From NCBI GenBank assembly GCA_027491415.1, contig JAOZFH010000016.1:1-32364 (forward strand): 32,364 nt of DNA, in the 5' to 3' direction. The stretch is from Thermoproteota archaeon. GTDB lineage: Archaea > Korarchaeota > Korarchaeia > Korarchaeales > Korarchaeaceae. Below the pieces are notes generated by a model that saw nothing but the letters and a program-made list of their open reading frames with translations, ran no database searches and was not told where the DNA came from. The first letter of the stretch is position 1, and every line of letters begins with the position of its first letter. Of the stretch, positions 17,168 through 26,268 are shown piece by piece. The position numbers were made by a program, and so were the translations under genes.

Positions 17168-18853
17168 ATGTCGTCCGGCGAGAAGAGTGAGGGAAGGCGA
17201 CCGAAGATCCTCGCCGCCGCCCTTGGCGAGGACGTCCACGTGGCTGGGATAATCAAGTTTCTGAGGCTGGCGGAGCAGGTCGGATATGAGACGATATTTC
17301 TGGGGCCGGCAAACACCCCCGAGGAGATAGTGGCGGCGATAAAGGAGACAGACCCCGACATAGTCGGAATAAGCTACAGGCTGATGCCAGAGTCCGGAAG
17401 GTACTGGATAGAGCGGTTCATAAGCGCGGTGAAGGAGGCTGGCCTGGAGGACAAGAGGTACGTGTTCGGGGGCACTCCGCCCGTCGCCGAGGTGGCCAAG
17501 AGCTTCGGGTTCTTCGACAGGGTGTTCAGCGGCAGGGAGACCATGGACGAGGTCGTGTCCTACCTGAAGGGAGGGGGCGAGGCTGGCAGGGGAGAAGAGC
17601 ACTACCCGCAGACCACCGTCGAGAGGATCGCCTGGAAGTACCCCTACCCCATCATCAGGCAGCACCTGGGGCTGAGCTCCGTCGAGGAGACCGTGGAGGC
17701 GGCCAGGAAGGTGGCCGAGTCCAAGCTCATCGACGTGATCTCAATAGCCCCGGACCAGGAGTTCCAGGAGAACTTCTTCCACCCGGAGAAGTGGGACCCC
17801 GGGAGGGCCGGGGCTGGAGGCGTGCCCATAAGGTCGGAGGACGACCTCATCAAAATCTACGAGGCCACCAGGACCGGCAACTACCCGCTTCTGAGGTGCT
17901 ACCAGGGCACCAGCGACCTGTTCAAGATGGCCGACCTCCTGGTGAGGACCATCAAGAACGCCTGGGCGGCCATCCCGATCTTCTGGTTCAGCAGGCTCGA
18001 CGGGAGGGGGCCCCTGGACCTAGTCGAGGCCATAGACGAGCACCAGAGGCTGATGGCCTGGCACGGCGAGAGGAACATCCCCGTCGAGCTGAACGAGCCC
18101 CACCACTTCGAGCTGAGGGATGCGCCCGACGTCATCGCGGTGGCCGACGCTTTTCTGTCAGCCTACAACGCCAAGAAGGCGGGTGTGAAGCACTACATCG
18201 CCACGCTGATGTTCGACCTCCCGCCTGGGATCTCGGCCGAGATGGACCTGGCCAAGCAGCTGGCCAAGATAGACATAATCAAGCCCCTGGAGGACGAGAA
18301 CTTCAAGATCTTCATACAGACCAGGACCGGCCTGTCCAGCTACCCGCCGGACCTCGACGCGGCCAAGGGCCACATGGCCTACTCCGTTACGATGCAGATG
18401 CACCTGAAGCCCCACATAATCCACATGGTGGCGTACACCGAGCCCGATCACGCCGCCACGGCCGAGGAGATCATAGAGAGCGGCAAGATCGTGCACCAGG
18501 TGATCAGCGACACGCTGCACGGCCTGCCCGACGTGACCAAGGACCCGAAGATCCTGGCCAGGAGGGAGGAGCTGGTGAGGGAGGCCAAGATCACGCTGGA
18601 CGCCATTAGGAAGATCGCTGACCCCGATGTCGAGGACCCGTGGACCGACCCCGAGACGCTCGCCAGGGCCCTGAAGGTTGGGATACTGGACGCGCCTCAC
18701 CTGAAGAACAACCCCTACGCCAGGGGAGAGATCGAGACCAGGATCATCAACGGGGCAGCCTACGCGGTCGACCCGGAGACCAAGAGACCCCTCCCCGAGA
18801 GCGAGCGCATCCAGAGGATCTTGGACGACTACTTCAAGGGAAGGCTCATCTGA
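17168..18853 (+). CDS. Uncharacterised cobalamin-dependent enzyme (N-terminal B12-binding domain, probable TIM-barrel catalytic domain)
   Basis: ILAAALGEDVHVAG (DxHxxG), PDIVGISY, YVFGGT; about 420-aa C-terminal alpha/beta region without a radical-SAM CxxxCxxC motif. Confidence 0.82.
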   Translation: MSSGEKSEGRRPKILAAALGEDVHVAGIIKFLRLAEQVGYETIFLGPANTPEEIVAAIKETDPDIVGISYRLMPESGRYWIERFISAVKEAGLEDKRYVFGGTPPVAEVAKSFGFFDRVFSGRETMDEVVSYLKGGGEAGRGEEHYPQTTVERIAWKYPYPIIRQHLGLSSVEETVEAARKVAESKLIDVISIAPDQEFQENFFHPEKWDPGRAGAGGVPIRSEDDLIKIYEATRTGNYPLLRCYQGTSDLFKMADLLVRTIKNAWAAIPIFWFSRLDGRGPLDLVEAIDEHQRLMAWHGERNIPVELNEPHHFELRDAPDVIAVADAFLSAYNAKKAGVKHYIATLMFDLPPGISAEMDLAKQLAKIDIIKPLEDENFKIFIQTRTGLSSYPPDLDAAKGHMAYSVTMQMHLKPHIIHMVAYTEPDHAATAEEIIESGKIVHQVISDTLHGLPDVTKDPKILARREELVREAKITLDAIRKIADPDVEDPWTDPETLARALKVGILDAPHLKNNPYARGEIETRIINGAAYAVDPETKRPLPESERIQRILDDYFKGRLI

Positions 18854-18883
18854 GCTTAGCGTGAACCTGCGGGAGGCGATTGG

Positions 18884-19969
18884 ATGAAGATAGCCGTGAT
18901 GGGAGCGGGCCACGGTGGAAAGGCCATGTCCGCCCACCTTGGGCTGATGGGGCACGAGGTCAGGCTCTACAACTACAAGGAGAAGGAGCCGGAGTTCAAG
19001 GTGGACCTCGAGGAGGTCAGGAGGAGAGGAGGGATAGAGCTGGAGGGGGCGGTGGAGGGCTTCGGCCCCATCGCCCTCGCCACCACCGACGCCGGGGAGG
19101 CCGTGAGGGGCGCCGACCTGATCATGGTGGTCGTCCCCGCCCACGCCCACAAGTACATCGCCCGGTCAGTTGCTCCCCACCTTCAGCCGGGTCAGAAGAT
19201 CCTGTTGAACCCCGGCAGGACCTTCGGGGCGATCGAGTTCAAGAGGATACTGGGTGAGAGGGCCGAGGGCGTGATAGTCGGGGAGGCCGAGACCCTGATC
19301 TACGCGGCCAGGGGGCTGTCGCCCACCAGGGTGAAGGTGCTGGGAGTCAAGAAGGAGGTCAAGCTTGCCGCCCTCCCAGCTCCCGACACCGGGGAGCTGC
19401 TGGACACTATCCGCCAGTTGTACCCGCAGTTCGACGGGGCCAGGGACGTCCTCGAGACCAGCCTGACCAACATAGGGGCCGTGTTCCACCCCACAATAAC
19501 GCTCATGAACGCCGGCTGGATCGAGCGCGGCGGGGACTTCGAGTTCTACGTCGAGGGCGCCAGCCCCTCCGTGTCGAAGGTGCTGGAGAGGGTCGACGCC
19601 GAGAGGGTGGCCCTGGCGAGGGCGCTCGACACCCGCGTCCTGAACCTGCTGGAGTGGCTTGAGGAGAAGTACGGAGCGAAGGGCAAGGATGTCTACGAGG
19701 CCCTGCAGAACAACGAGGCCTATAGGGGTATCAAGGCGCCCTCCACGCTCGCCGTCAGGTACCTGCTTGAAGACGTCCCCACCGGCCTGGTCCCATACGC
19801 GGACGTCGGGGAGCAGGTCGGCGTGAGCACTCCCGTGTCCAGGTCCCTCATATCCCTAGCGTCGGCGGTCTTCGAGAGGGACTTCTACGCCGAGGGGCGG
19901 AGCGCGAAGAACCTCGGGCTGGAGGGGATGTCTGCGGAGGAGATAGTGGCATTCGCGAGGGGCGAATAG
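18884..19969 (+). CDS. NAD(P)-dependent octopine/nopaline (opine) dehydrogenase family
   Basis: MKIAVMGAGHGG, LNPGRTFGA, SLTNIGAVFHP, FEFYVEG, RYLLEDVPTGLVP. Confidence 0.9.
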   Translation: MKIAVMGAGHGGKAMSAHLGLMGHEVRLYNYKEKEPEFKVDLEEVRRRGGIELEGAVEGFGPIALATTDAGEAVRGADLIMVVVPAHAHKYIARSVAPHLQPGQKILLNPGRTFGAIEFKRILGERAEGVIVGEAETLIYAARGLSPTRVKVLGVKKEVKLAALPAPDTGELLDTIRQLYPQFDGARDVLETSLTNIGAVFHPTITLMNAGWIERGGDFEFYVEGASPSVSKVLERVDAERVALARALDTRVLNLLEWLEEKYGAKGKDVYEALQNNEAYRGIKAPSTLAVRYLLEDVPTGLVPYADVGEQVGVSTPVSRSLISLASAVFERDFYAEGRSAKNLGLEGMSAEEIVAFARGE

Positions 19970-19972
19970 CCC

Positions 19973-21382
19973 TTGAGGGCCCTCCTCATAGACTTCGGCA
20001 GCACCTTCACAAAGGCCGTGGTGGTGGACCTGGCGGAGGAGCGGGTGGTCTCCTCCGCAAAGGCCCCCAGCACAGTGGACACGGACATCAGGCGCGGCCT
20101 GGCCGGCGCCCTGGAGAAGCTGGGGCTCTCGCTGAGCGACCTGTCCGATGGCCCGTTCGAGTACAAGCTGGCCTGCAGCAGCGCGGCCGGCGGCTTGAAG
20201 ATGGTCGTGGTAGGGCTCGTGCCGAAGTACAGCGCCGAGGCTGGCAGGCGGGCGGCGCTGACGGCCGGGGCGAAGGTCATTGGGGTGTACTCCTTCGAAC
20301 TCACCAAGAGCGAGGTGGCGTCGATAGAGGCCCAGGGACCTGACATCGTCCTCCTAACGGGCGGGACGGACGGGGGAGACAAGAGGACAATAACCCACAA
20401 CGCCAGGATGCTTGCCGCCTCCGGGCTGAAATGTCCCATCTTGGTGGCTGGGAACAAGGAGGCCAGGGACGACGTGGTGGAGATACTCTCATCGGCGGGT
20501 AAGGAGGTCTACTGGACCGAGAACATCATGCCGGAGCTGGGCAAGCTCAACGTGAGGCCCGCAAACGAGAAGATCAGGGAGATCTTCCTGAAGAGGATCA
20601 TTCAGGCCAAGGGGCTCGATAAGGTGACGAAGATGCTCCACATCCTCATGCCGACCCCCTCCGCCTCCTTGGGGGCGGCGGAGCTGCTGGCGAAGGGGAC
20701 CAAGTCGCTTAGCGGGATGGGCGAACTCCTCGCGGTGGAGATCGGCGGAGCCACGACCAACGTGTACAGCGTGGCCGAGGGCAAGTCGAAGCTCCCAGGG
20801 GTCGTCGAGAAGGGTCTTGAGGAGCCCTACGTGAAGAGGACCGTGGAGGGAGACCTGGGCGTCAGGGTGAGCGCGGAGTCGCTGATGGAGGCTGCGGGCT
20901 TGGAGAGGATCGTGTCGAAGATGAGGGAGTACGTGACGGACATAAGGCCGGAGGCCGTTGAGGAGCACATCCGCATGCTGCGCCGGCAGACCAGCTACCT
21001 GCCCAGGACCTACTTCGACTGGCTGGTGGACGAGGCGCTGGCAAGGTCGGCGGTGGAGCTGGCCGTGGAGAGACACGTTGGGAGGCTCGAGGAGATACCG
21101 ACGCCGATGGGCAGGTTCTACGTCCTCACGGGTAAGGACCTCACCGGGGTCGAGACCGTGGTCGGAACCGGAGGACCGATCGTAAACAGCAAGAGGCCGT
21201 GGAAGGTCCTCGGCGAGGCTGTCTACGACGAGTCCCGCCCCTTCGTTCTGAAGCCGAAGAACCCGGAGCTGTACGTGGACAGGGACTACGTTTTCTGGGC
21301 TATGGGCCTCCTCTCGGGCGAGGAGCCAGACAAGGCGCTCAAGATCCTGCTGGACTCGGTGTCCCCGGTTAGACGGGGATGA
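19973..21382 (+). CDS. glmL: Glutamate mutase accessory/reactivating factor GlmL (MutL) family
   Basis: LIDFGSTFTK, CSSAAGGLKM, LLTGGTDGG, MPTPSA, IGGATTNVYS, RTVEGDLG. Confidence 0.88.
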   Translation: MRALLIDFGSTFTKAVVVDLAEERVVSSAKAPSTVDTDIRRGLAGALEKLGLSLSDLSDGPFEYKLACSSAAGGLKMVVVGLVPKYSAEAGRRAALTAGAKVIGVYSFELTKSEVASIEAQGPDIVLLTGGTDGGDKRTITHNARMLAASGLKCPILVAGNKEARDDVVEILSSAGKEVYWTENIMPELGKLNVRPANEKIREIFLKRIIQAKGLDKVTKMLHILMPTPSASLGAAELLAKGTKSLSGMGELLAVEIGGATTNVYSVAEGKSKLPGVVEKGLEEPYVKRTVEGDLGVRVSAESLMEAAGLERIVSKMREYVTDIRPEAVEEHIRMLRRQTSYLPRTYFDWLVDEALARSAVELAVERHVGRLEEIPTPMGRFYVLTGKDLTGVETVVGTGGPIVNSKRPWKVLGEAVYDESRPFVLKPKNPELYVDRDYVFWAMGLLSGEEPDKALKILLDSVSPVRRG

Positions 21383-22352
21383 CGTTCCTGTCGAAGGCGC
21401 CGAGGTCGTCCATGGCGGTGTCGAAGGCCATCCTCAGGTCGAATCCGCCCTCCTTGATCATGGCCGCAAAGTTGGCCCCGGTGACGCTGATCACCACTCC
21501 CCTGAGCTTTCCGGTTCGGAGGCCGTAGGCGAAGCCAGGCTCCCTGATCTCCATTATCCCCTCAAAGCCCAGCTCTCTCATCTTGTTCAGGATCTTCTGC
21601 GCCTTTGGTATGCTGTTGTAGGGGATCTCACCGAAGGTGGCCAGGACCGTGCCCGTCCCCCTCTTGGCAGCCTCGGCGACCCTCGTCATTCCGGCGAATA
21701 TGAGGAGCTGAGAGGGGCTTATGGTGGTTCCGGAGTAGTGCATGACCTCCGCGAAGGTCGTGGGCCTGTAGTCCTTCAGCTCCAGTAGTCCCACGCCCTT
21801 CACGCTGACCGGAACTCCGTTGCGGAGGAGGATGCCGTACAGGGTGTTTGAGGAGACGTACTTGATCTCGAGCAGGTCTCCCCTCCTCAGGCCGGTCTCC
21901 CTGACCTGATACTTCGGGTAGAAGAGGAGCTTCGGGACCTCCTTCCCGAGGCTGATCACGTGCCGCATGACCCAGGTGAAGTCCTCCCTCCTGATGAACA
22001 GCTTGTTGGCTATCACCGATCCGCTGCCGGTCGAGAGGTCGAAGTCCATCTCGGCGATCCTCTGGTACATCCTGTCCAGCATCCACTCCATCCTGGTGGA
22101 GACGGTGAGGGCCCGCATCCTCCTGCGGCCCTCGCTGGTTATCTGCCTGGCCTTCCTGACCTTCCGTGTGAGCCCAAGCTCGTCCATGAGCTTCAGGTAG
22201 TAGCGGATCGTCCTCTGGCTGAGGTAGATGCCCCTCCTGTTTAGCTCCCGCTGAATCTCGCCCGACGTGGCCGGCCCCTCGATCCCGTCGAGGATGGCCA
22301 GGATCTCGAGCATGTTCTCATTCAGCTTTCGAGTCTCCTGTACAGGTGACAT
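21369..22352 (-). CDS. NrpR-family (DUF128) regulator, winged helix plus a single regulatory domain
   Basis: EILAIL...GIYLSQRTIRYYLKLMDELGLT...ITSEG; FDLSTGSGSVIAN; YSGTTISP; last gene of the dpp operon. Confidence 0.8.
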   Translation of the reverse strand: MSPVQETRKLNENMLEILAILDGIEGPATSGEIQRELNRRGIYLSQRTIRYYLKLMDELGLTRKVRKARQITSEGRRRMRALTVSTRMEWMLDRMYQRIAEMDFDLSTGSGSVIANKLFIRREDFTWVMRHVISLGKEVPKLLFYPKYQVRETGLRRGDLLEIKYVSSNTLYGILLRNGVPVSVKGVGLLELKDYRPTTFAEVMHYSGTTISPSQLLIFAGMTRVAEAAKRGTGTVLATFGEIPYNSIPKAQKILNKMRELGFEGIMEIREPGFAYGLRTGKLRGVVISVTGANFAAMIKEGGFDLRMAFDTAMDDLGAFDRNVIPV

Positions 22353-23299
22353 GCCACCATCCTCCCCTCGCCGGGGAGCGGCACGAGGGCCGGCTCCTCC
22401 TGGTCGCAGGGGTCAAACCTCCTGGGGCACCTGGGGTGAAACCTGCACCCAGGAGGGGGGTTCGCCAGGTTCGGGACCGTCCCGGGGATCTCGGTAACCC
22501 GCCCCTTCCTGCCACCCCTGCCCGGTATCGCGCCCAGCAGCCCCCGGGTATAAGGGTGTTTCGGGTCAGTGAGCACGTCGACGGTCCTGCCCACCTCAAC
22601 GAGCTTCCCGGCGTACATGACGCCCACTCGATCCGTGTACTCGGCCACGATGCCTATGTTGTGCGTGATCAGCAGGATGGACATGTTGAGCTTCCTCCTC
22701 AGCTCGTCGAGCAGCGTGAGGATCTGGGCCTCTATGGTGACGTCCAGGTTCGTCGTGGGCTCATCGGCTATCAGCAGCTCTGGGTTGTTGGCGAGGGCAA
22801 TCGCGATGACCGCCCTCTGCCGCATGCCGCCGCTGAACTGGTGCGGGTACTCGTGGACCCTGGCCTCCGCCCCGGGGATGCCCACGAGCTTAAGCAGCTC
22901 TATCGCTCGGGCCTCGGCGTCCTTCCTACTCACCTCCGGGTTGTGGGCGAGTATGGTCTCGACTATCTGGTCCCCTATCGTGTAGACGGGGTCGAGGGCG
23001 GCCGTGGGGTCCTGGAATATCATCGAGATTCGGTCCCCCCTGATCTCCCTCATCCTGTCCTCGGGGAGCTGAAGGATGTCCTCTCCCTGGAAGTAGATGC
23101 TCCCGCCCGCCACCCTACCGGGCGGGGGCACGAGCCTGAGGATTGCGTTGCCTAGGGTGGACTTCCCGCACCCCGACTCCCCGATGAGGCCGAAGAACTC
23201 CCCGCTCTCGAGCTCTAGCGACACGCCGTCGACGGCCTTGACCACGCCGTCGAAGGCGTAGTAGTACACCTTCAAGTCTCGTATCTCGAGGAGCGTCAC
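22322..23299 (-). CDS. dppD: Dipeptide/oligopeptide ABC ATPase
   Basis: GESGCGKS, YPHQFSGGMRQR, IADEPTT, PPPGCRFHPRCP. Confidence 0.92.
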   Translation of the reverse strand: MTLLEIRDLKVYYYAFDGVVKAVDGVSLELESGEFFGLIGESGCGKSTLGNAILRLVPPPGRVAGGSIYFQGEDILQLPEDRMREIRGDRISMIFQDPTAALDPVYTIGDQIVETILAHNPEVSRKDAEARAIELLKLVGIPGAEARVHEYPHQFSGGMRQRAVIAIALANNPELLIADEPTTNLDVTIEAQILTLLDELRRKLNMSILLITHNIGIVAEYTDRVGVMYAGKLVEVGRTVDVLTDPKHPYTRGLLGAIPGRGGRKGRVTEIPGTVPNLANPPPGCRFHPRCPRRFDPCDQEEPALVPLPGEGRMVACHLYRRLES

Positions 23300-24375
23300 G
23301 GCATACCACCTCCGAGGTCGAGGGTCAAGTAGGGGTGCTCGCAGGGGGGCCCCTCCGCGAACAGGATCCTAGACCTCTTTGGAAGCGCTATCATTGAGGC
23401 CACGGTCTCCACCGGCACGTCCCCCTCGCCGACGTGCCTGCAGATGGAGTGCCCGCCGGGGTCGTGGTACCTCATGAGCCTCTTTACGAAGTTGAGGTCT
23501 ATGGTGCCGAGGGCGCCTCTCACCCTCTCGTCCAGGTGCCTCCACCTGGCAAGGGTGTCCTCCCTCTCGTAGGCCGTGTAGTGGTAGGGGTCGTAGTACT
23601 TCTCGCTCATCCGGGCCGACTTGAAGTGGTTCGTGCGGAAGGCGTACCCCTCCTCCGGGATCTCCACATCCAGCTCCCTGTATCCCACCTCGACCACCGC
23701 TATGTCCCCCTTGGCGTCCCCCAGCGTGAAGGTGAACTGCCCCAGCCTGGGGACGGACTTGAGGAAGTCTATGGCCTCCTCCACCGTCGAGCAGCTCTCG
23801 AGGATCATCTTGGCCAGGACGTTGTCTGGGAGGCCCACGCCGATGTCTGAGGAGGCCACGTAAGTGGAGAACACCGTGAGGCCCCTCTCGTTCATGCCGC
23901 CCCCCGCCACGCCCGGGTCGCCCGCGTTGGTGGAGGCGAAGTACGCCAAACCGCCCTTCGGCCGGGCGTAGACGAAGAGATGCAGCGGCTTGTATCTGAC
24001 CCTCTTGTCCCTGTTCTTGGCCAAGATAGGCTCCCCGTGTGATGTGTGCTCCGCCTTCACGGCCCAGACCGAGCACTCGAGGCCGTAGTGGAGCATGTGC
24101 CGGAGGAACGTAGAGCAGGTGGTTTCGAAGAGGATGTCCCTGGCGAACCAGGCCCCCTCCGCCACCCCCTCCAGCATCTGGACGAACTCGGGGGAGTGCC
24201 TCTCCACTACCTCTCTCATGTCCTCCACGAGCTTCTCCAGGGAAGGGTTCTCTCCTATCTCCCTCCTGACTGCGTCGAAGAGTTCTCGGATGTACGGGGT
24301 CAGCCCCCTTATCTCCTTCCCCAGCTGAAGCCCCATCTCGTAGGGATCTCCAGCCAGGGCCACCATCCGGAGCAT
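23296..24375 (-). CDS. C45-family Ntn hydrolase/acyltransferase (autoprocessing Cys)
   Basis: GDPYEMGLQLG pro-segment, E/CSVWAV nucleophile site, ILAKNRD, GMNERGL, ILESCSTVEEA, RTNHF, SICRH. Confidence 0.85.
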   Translation of the reverse strand: MLRMVALAGDPYEMGLQLGKEIRGLTPYIRELFDAVRREIGENPSLEKLVEDMREVVERHSPEFVQMLEGVAEGAWFARDILFETTCSTFLRHMLHYGLECSVWAVKAEHTSHGEPILAKNRDKRVRYKPLHLFVYARPKGGLAYFASTNAGDPGVAGGGMNERGLTVFSTYVASSDIGVGLPDNVLAKMILESCSTVEEAIDFLKSVPRLGQFTFTLGDAKGDIAVVEVGYRELDVEIPEEGYAFRTNHFKSARMSEKYYDPYHYTAYEREDTLARWRHLDERVRGALGTIDLNFVKRLMRYHDPGGHSICRHVGEGDVPVETVASMIALPKRSRILFAEGPPCEHPYLTLDLGGGMP

Positions 24376-24385
24376 CTTCTACCAA

Positions 24386-25354
24386 TCACCCCCCGACCTT
24401 GTGGCAGGCGACCCAATGCCCCGGCTCAACCTGCACCAGGGGCGGCTCCTCCCTCCTGCAGAGATCGTCGGCCAGCGGGCACCTGCTCGAGAACCTGCAC
24501 CCCGGCGGGGGGTTGGCGGGATCTGGGGGGTCCCCGCGGAGGAGCATCTTCTTCCTCCCCCGCTGCCTCGGGTCGAGCGTCGGCACGGAGGAGAGGAGGG
24601 CCCTCGTGTAGGGGTGTAGGGGTCTCTCGAAGAGTTCCTCCGTATCGGCGGACTCCACCAGCTTCCCGAGGTACATCACGTTGATCCTGTCAGAGATGTG
24701 CTTGATCACGTTCATGTCGTGGGTTATGAAGAGGTAGGTGAGCCCGAACTCCCTCTGGAGGTCCAGCAGCAGGTTGAGGATCTTCGCCTGAACCGAGAGG
24801 TCCAGGGCCGATGTGGGCTCGTCCAGTATGAGGAACTTCGGCTTGACTATCAGGGCCCTGGCTATGGCTATCCTCTGCCTTTGCCCGCCGCTGAACTCGT
24901 GGGGGAACCTCTCTACGTCAGCCGCCCTGAGCCCGACCTGCTCCAGCATCTCCCTGATCATTGACTCCCTCTCCTCGAAGCTCAGGCTGGGCATGTGCAC
25001 CTTCAGCGGCAGGCCGACTATGTCCCTGACCCTCTTCACCGGGTTGAGGGAGAGGTAGGGGTCTTGGAACACTATGCCCATCTTCCTGCGGACCCTCGTG
25101 AGCTCCCTCCCCTTGAGCTCGAACAGGTTGACGCCCTCGAATATGGCCTGCCCCCTAGTGGGTTCGTAGAGCCTCAGCACCGTCAGCGCCAAGGTGGACT
25201 TTCCGGACCCGCTCTCGCCGACGAGCCCGACGGTCTGTCCCTCCTCGACGTCGAAGCTGACGCCGTCGACGGCCTTGACAACCCTCCTCTCGAATACCCC
25301 CCTCTTGATCTCGAAGTACTTGGTCACGTCCCGGAGCGAGAGAAGCGCCGTCAT
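24386..25354 (-). CDS. dppF: Dipeptide/oligopeptide ABC ATPase
   Basis: GESGSGKS, FPHEFSGGQRQRI, LDEPTSALD, HPYT, VACH. Confidence 0.92.
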   Translation of the reverse strand: MTALLSLRDVTKYFEIKRGVFERRVVKAVDGVSFDVEEGQTVGLVGESGSGKSTLALTVLRLYEPTRGQAIFEGVNLFELKGRELTRVRRKMGIVFQDPYLSLNPVKRVRDIVGLPLKVHMPSLSFEERESMIREMLEQVGLRAADVERFPHEFSGGQRQRIAIARALIVKPKFLILDEPTSALDLSVQAKILNLLLDLQREFGLTYLFITHDMNVIKHISDRINVMYLGKLVESADTEELFERPLHPYTRALLSSVPTLDPRQRGRKKMLLRGDPPDPANPPPGCRFSSRCPLADDLCRREEPPLVQVEPGHWVACHKVGG

Positions 25355-26268
25355 TGTACCTCCACAACCCCCAGCTTCTTCTTGATGGTAGGATCGAGCG
25401 CGTCCCTGAGCGAGTCACCCAGCAGGTTGATTCCCAGCACGACCATGGTTATCGCGAGCCCGGGGAACATGGCGATCCACCAGGCGTCCAGGATGTGCTG
25501 CCTCCCGGTGCCCAGCATGAGGCCCCACGACGGGTTTGGCGGCTTCACGCCTATCCCGATGAAGCTGAGCGAGGCCTCGTAGATTATGTTCCTGGCTAGC
25601 TGGAACGTTGAGAGCACGATCAGCGACGGGAAGGTGTTGGGCAGGGCCTCCCGGAATATTATGTGGGCGCTCCCCACCCCTATAGCCTTCGCCGCCAGGA
25701 CGAAGGGCCTCTCCTTCAGCGTGAGGAACTCTCCCCTCACGACCCTCGCGAACGGGACCCAGGATGTGAGGGTCATGGCGGCGACCACGTTCCAGTAGCC
25801 CGGTCCCAGGACGACCATCAGGGAGATCGCCATGAGCACCGCCGGGAAACTCAGCCAGAAGTCGACTATCCTCATCAGGACCTCGTCTATGAGCCCCCCG
25901 AAGTACCCGGACAGGGCCCCCAGCGAGACCCCAACGAGGACGGCCAGGGTCACCGACACGGCCGCGACGGACAGCGAGATCCGAGCTCCGTATATCAGCC
26001 TGCTCAGGAGATCCCTCCCGATCGCGTCGGTCCCCAACGGGTGCTCCCAGGATCCGCCGAACCCCACGGGGGGCTGCAGGGAGTTCGCCAGGTCGGCCTG
26101 GTAGGGGTCGTAGGGCGCGACCACCCCGGCGAACAGGGCGGACATCAAGAACACAAGGAATATCGTCCCGCCCACTATCGCGCCGGGGTCTCTCTTCATG
26201 TAACTGACGGTGGGGCCCCCCAGAAACCTGAGGAGATCCTCTCTGAGAGTCGTCAGCGTCCTGCTCAC
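25351..26268 (-). CDS. dppC: Dipeptide/oligopeptide ABC permease
   Basis: HPLGTDAIGRDLLSRLIYGARISL, EASLSFIGIG, PSWG. Confidence 0.93.
   Translation of the reverse strand: MSRTLTTLREDLLRFLGGPTVSYMKRDPGAIVGGTIFLVFLMSALFAGVVAPYDPYQADLANSLQPPVGFGGSWEHPLGTDAIGRDLLSRLIYGARISLSVAAVSVTLAVLVGVSLGALSGYFGGLIDEVLMRIVDFWLSFPAVLMAISLMVVLGPGYWNVVAAMTLTSWVPFARVVRGEFLTLKERPFVLAAKAIGVGSAHIIFREALPNTFPSLIVLSTFQLARNIIYEASLSFIGIGVKPPNPSWGLMLGTGRQHILDAWWIAMFPGLAITMVVLGINLLGDSLRDALDPTIKKKLGVVEVQ

Noticed and set aside
19973-21382. 'MutL' as a DNA mismatch-repair gene
   Set aside because: Name clash only; the motifs are those of the glutamate mutase accessory protein, not a GHKL ATPase.
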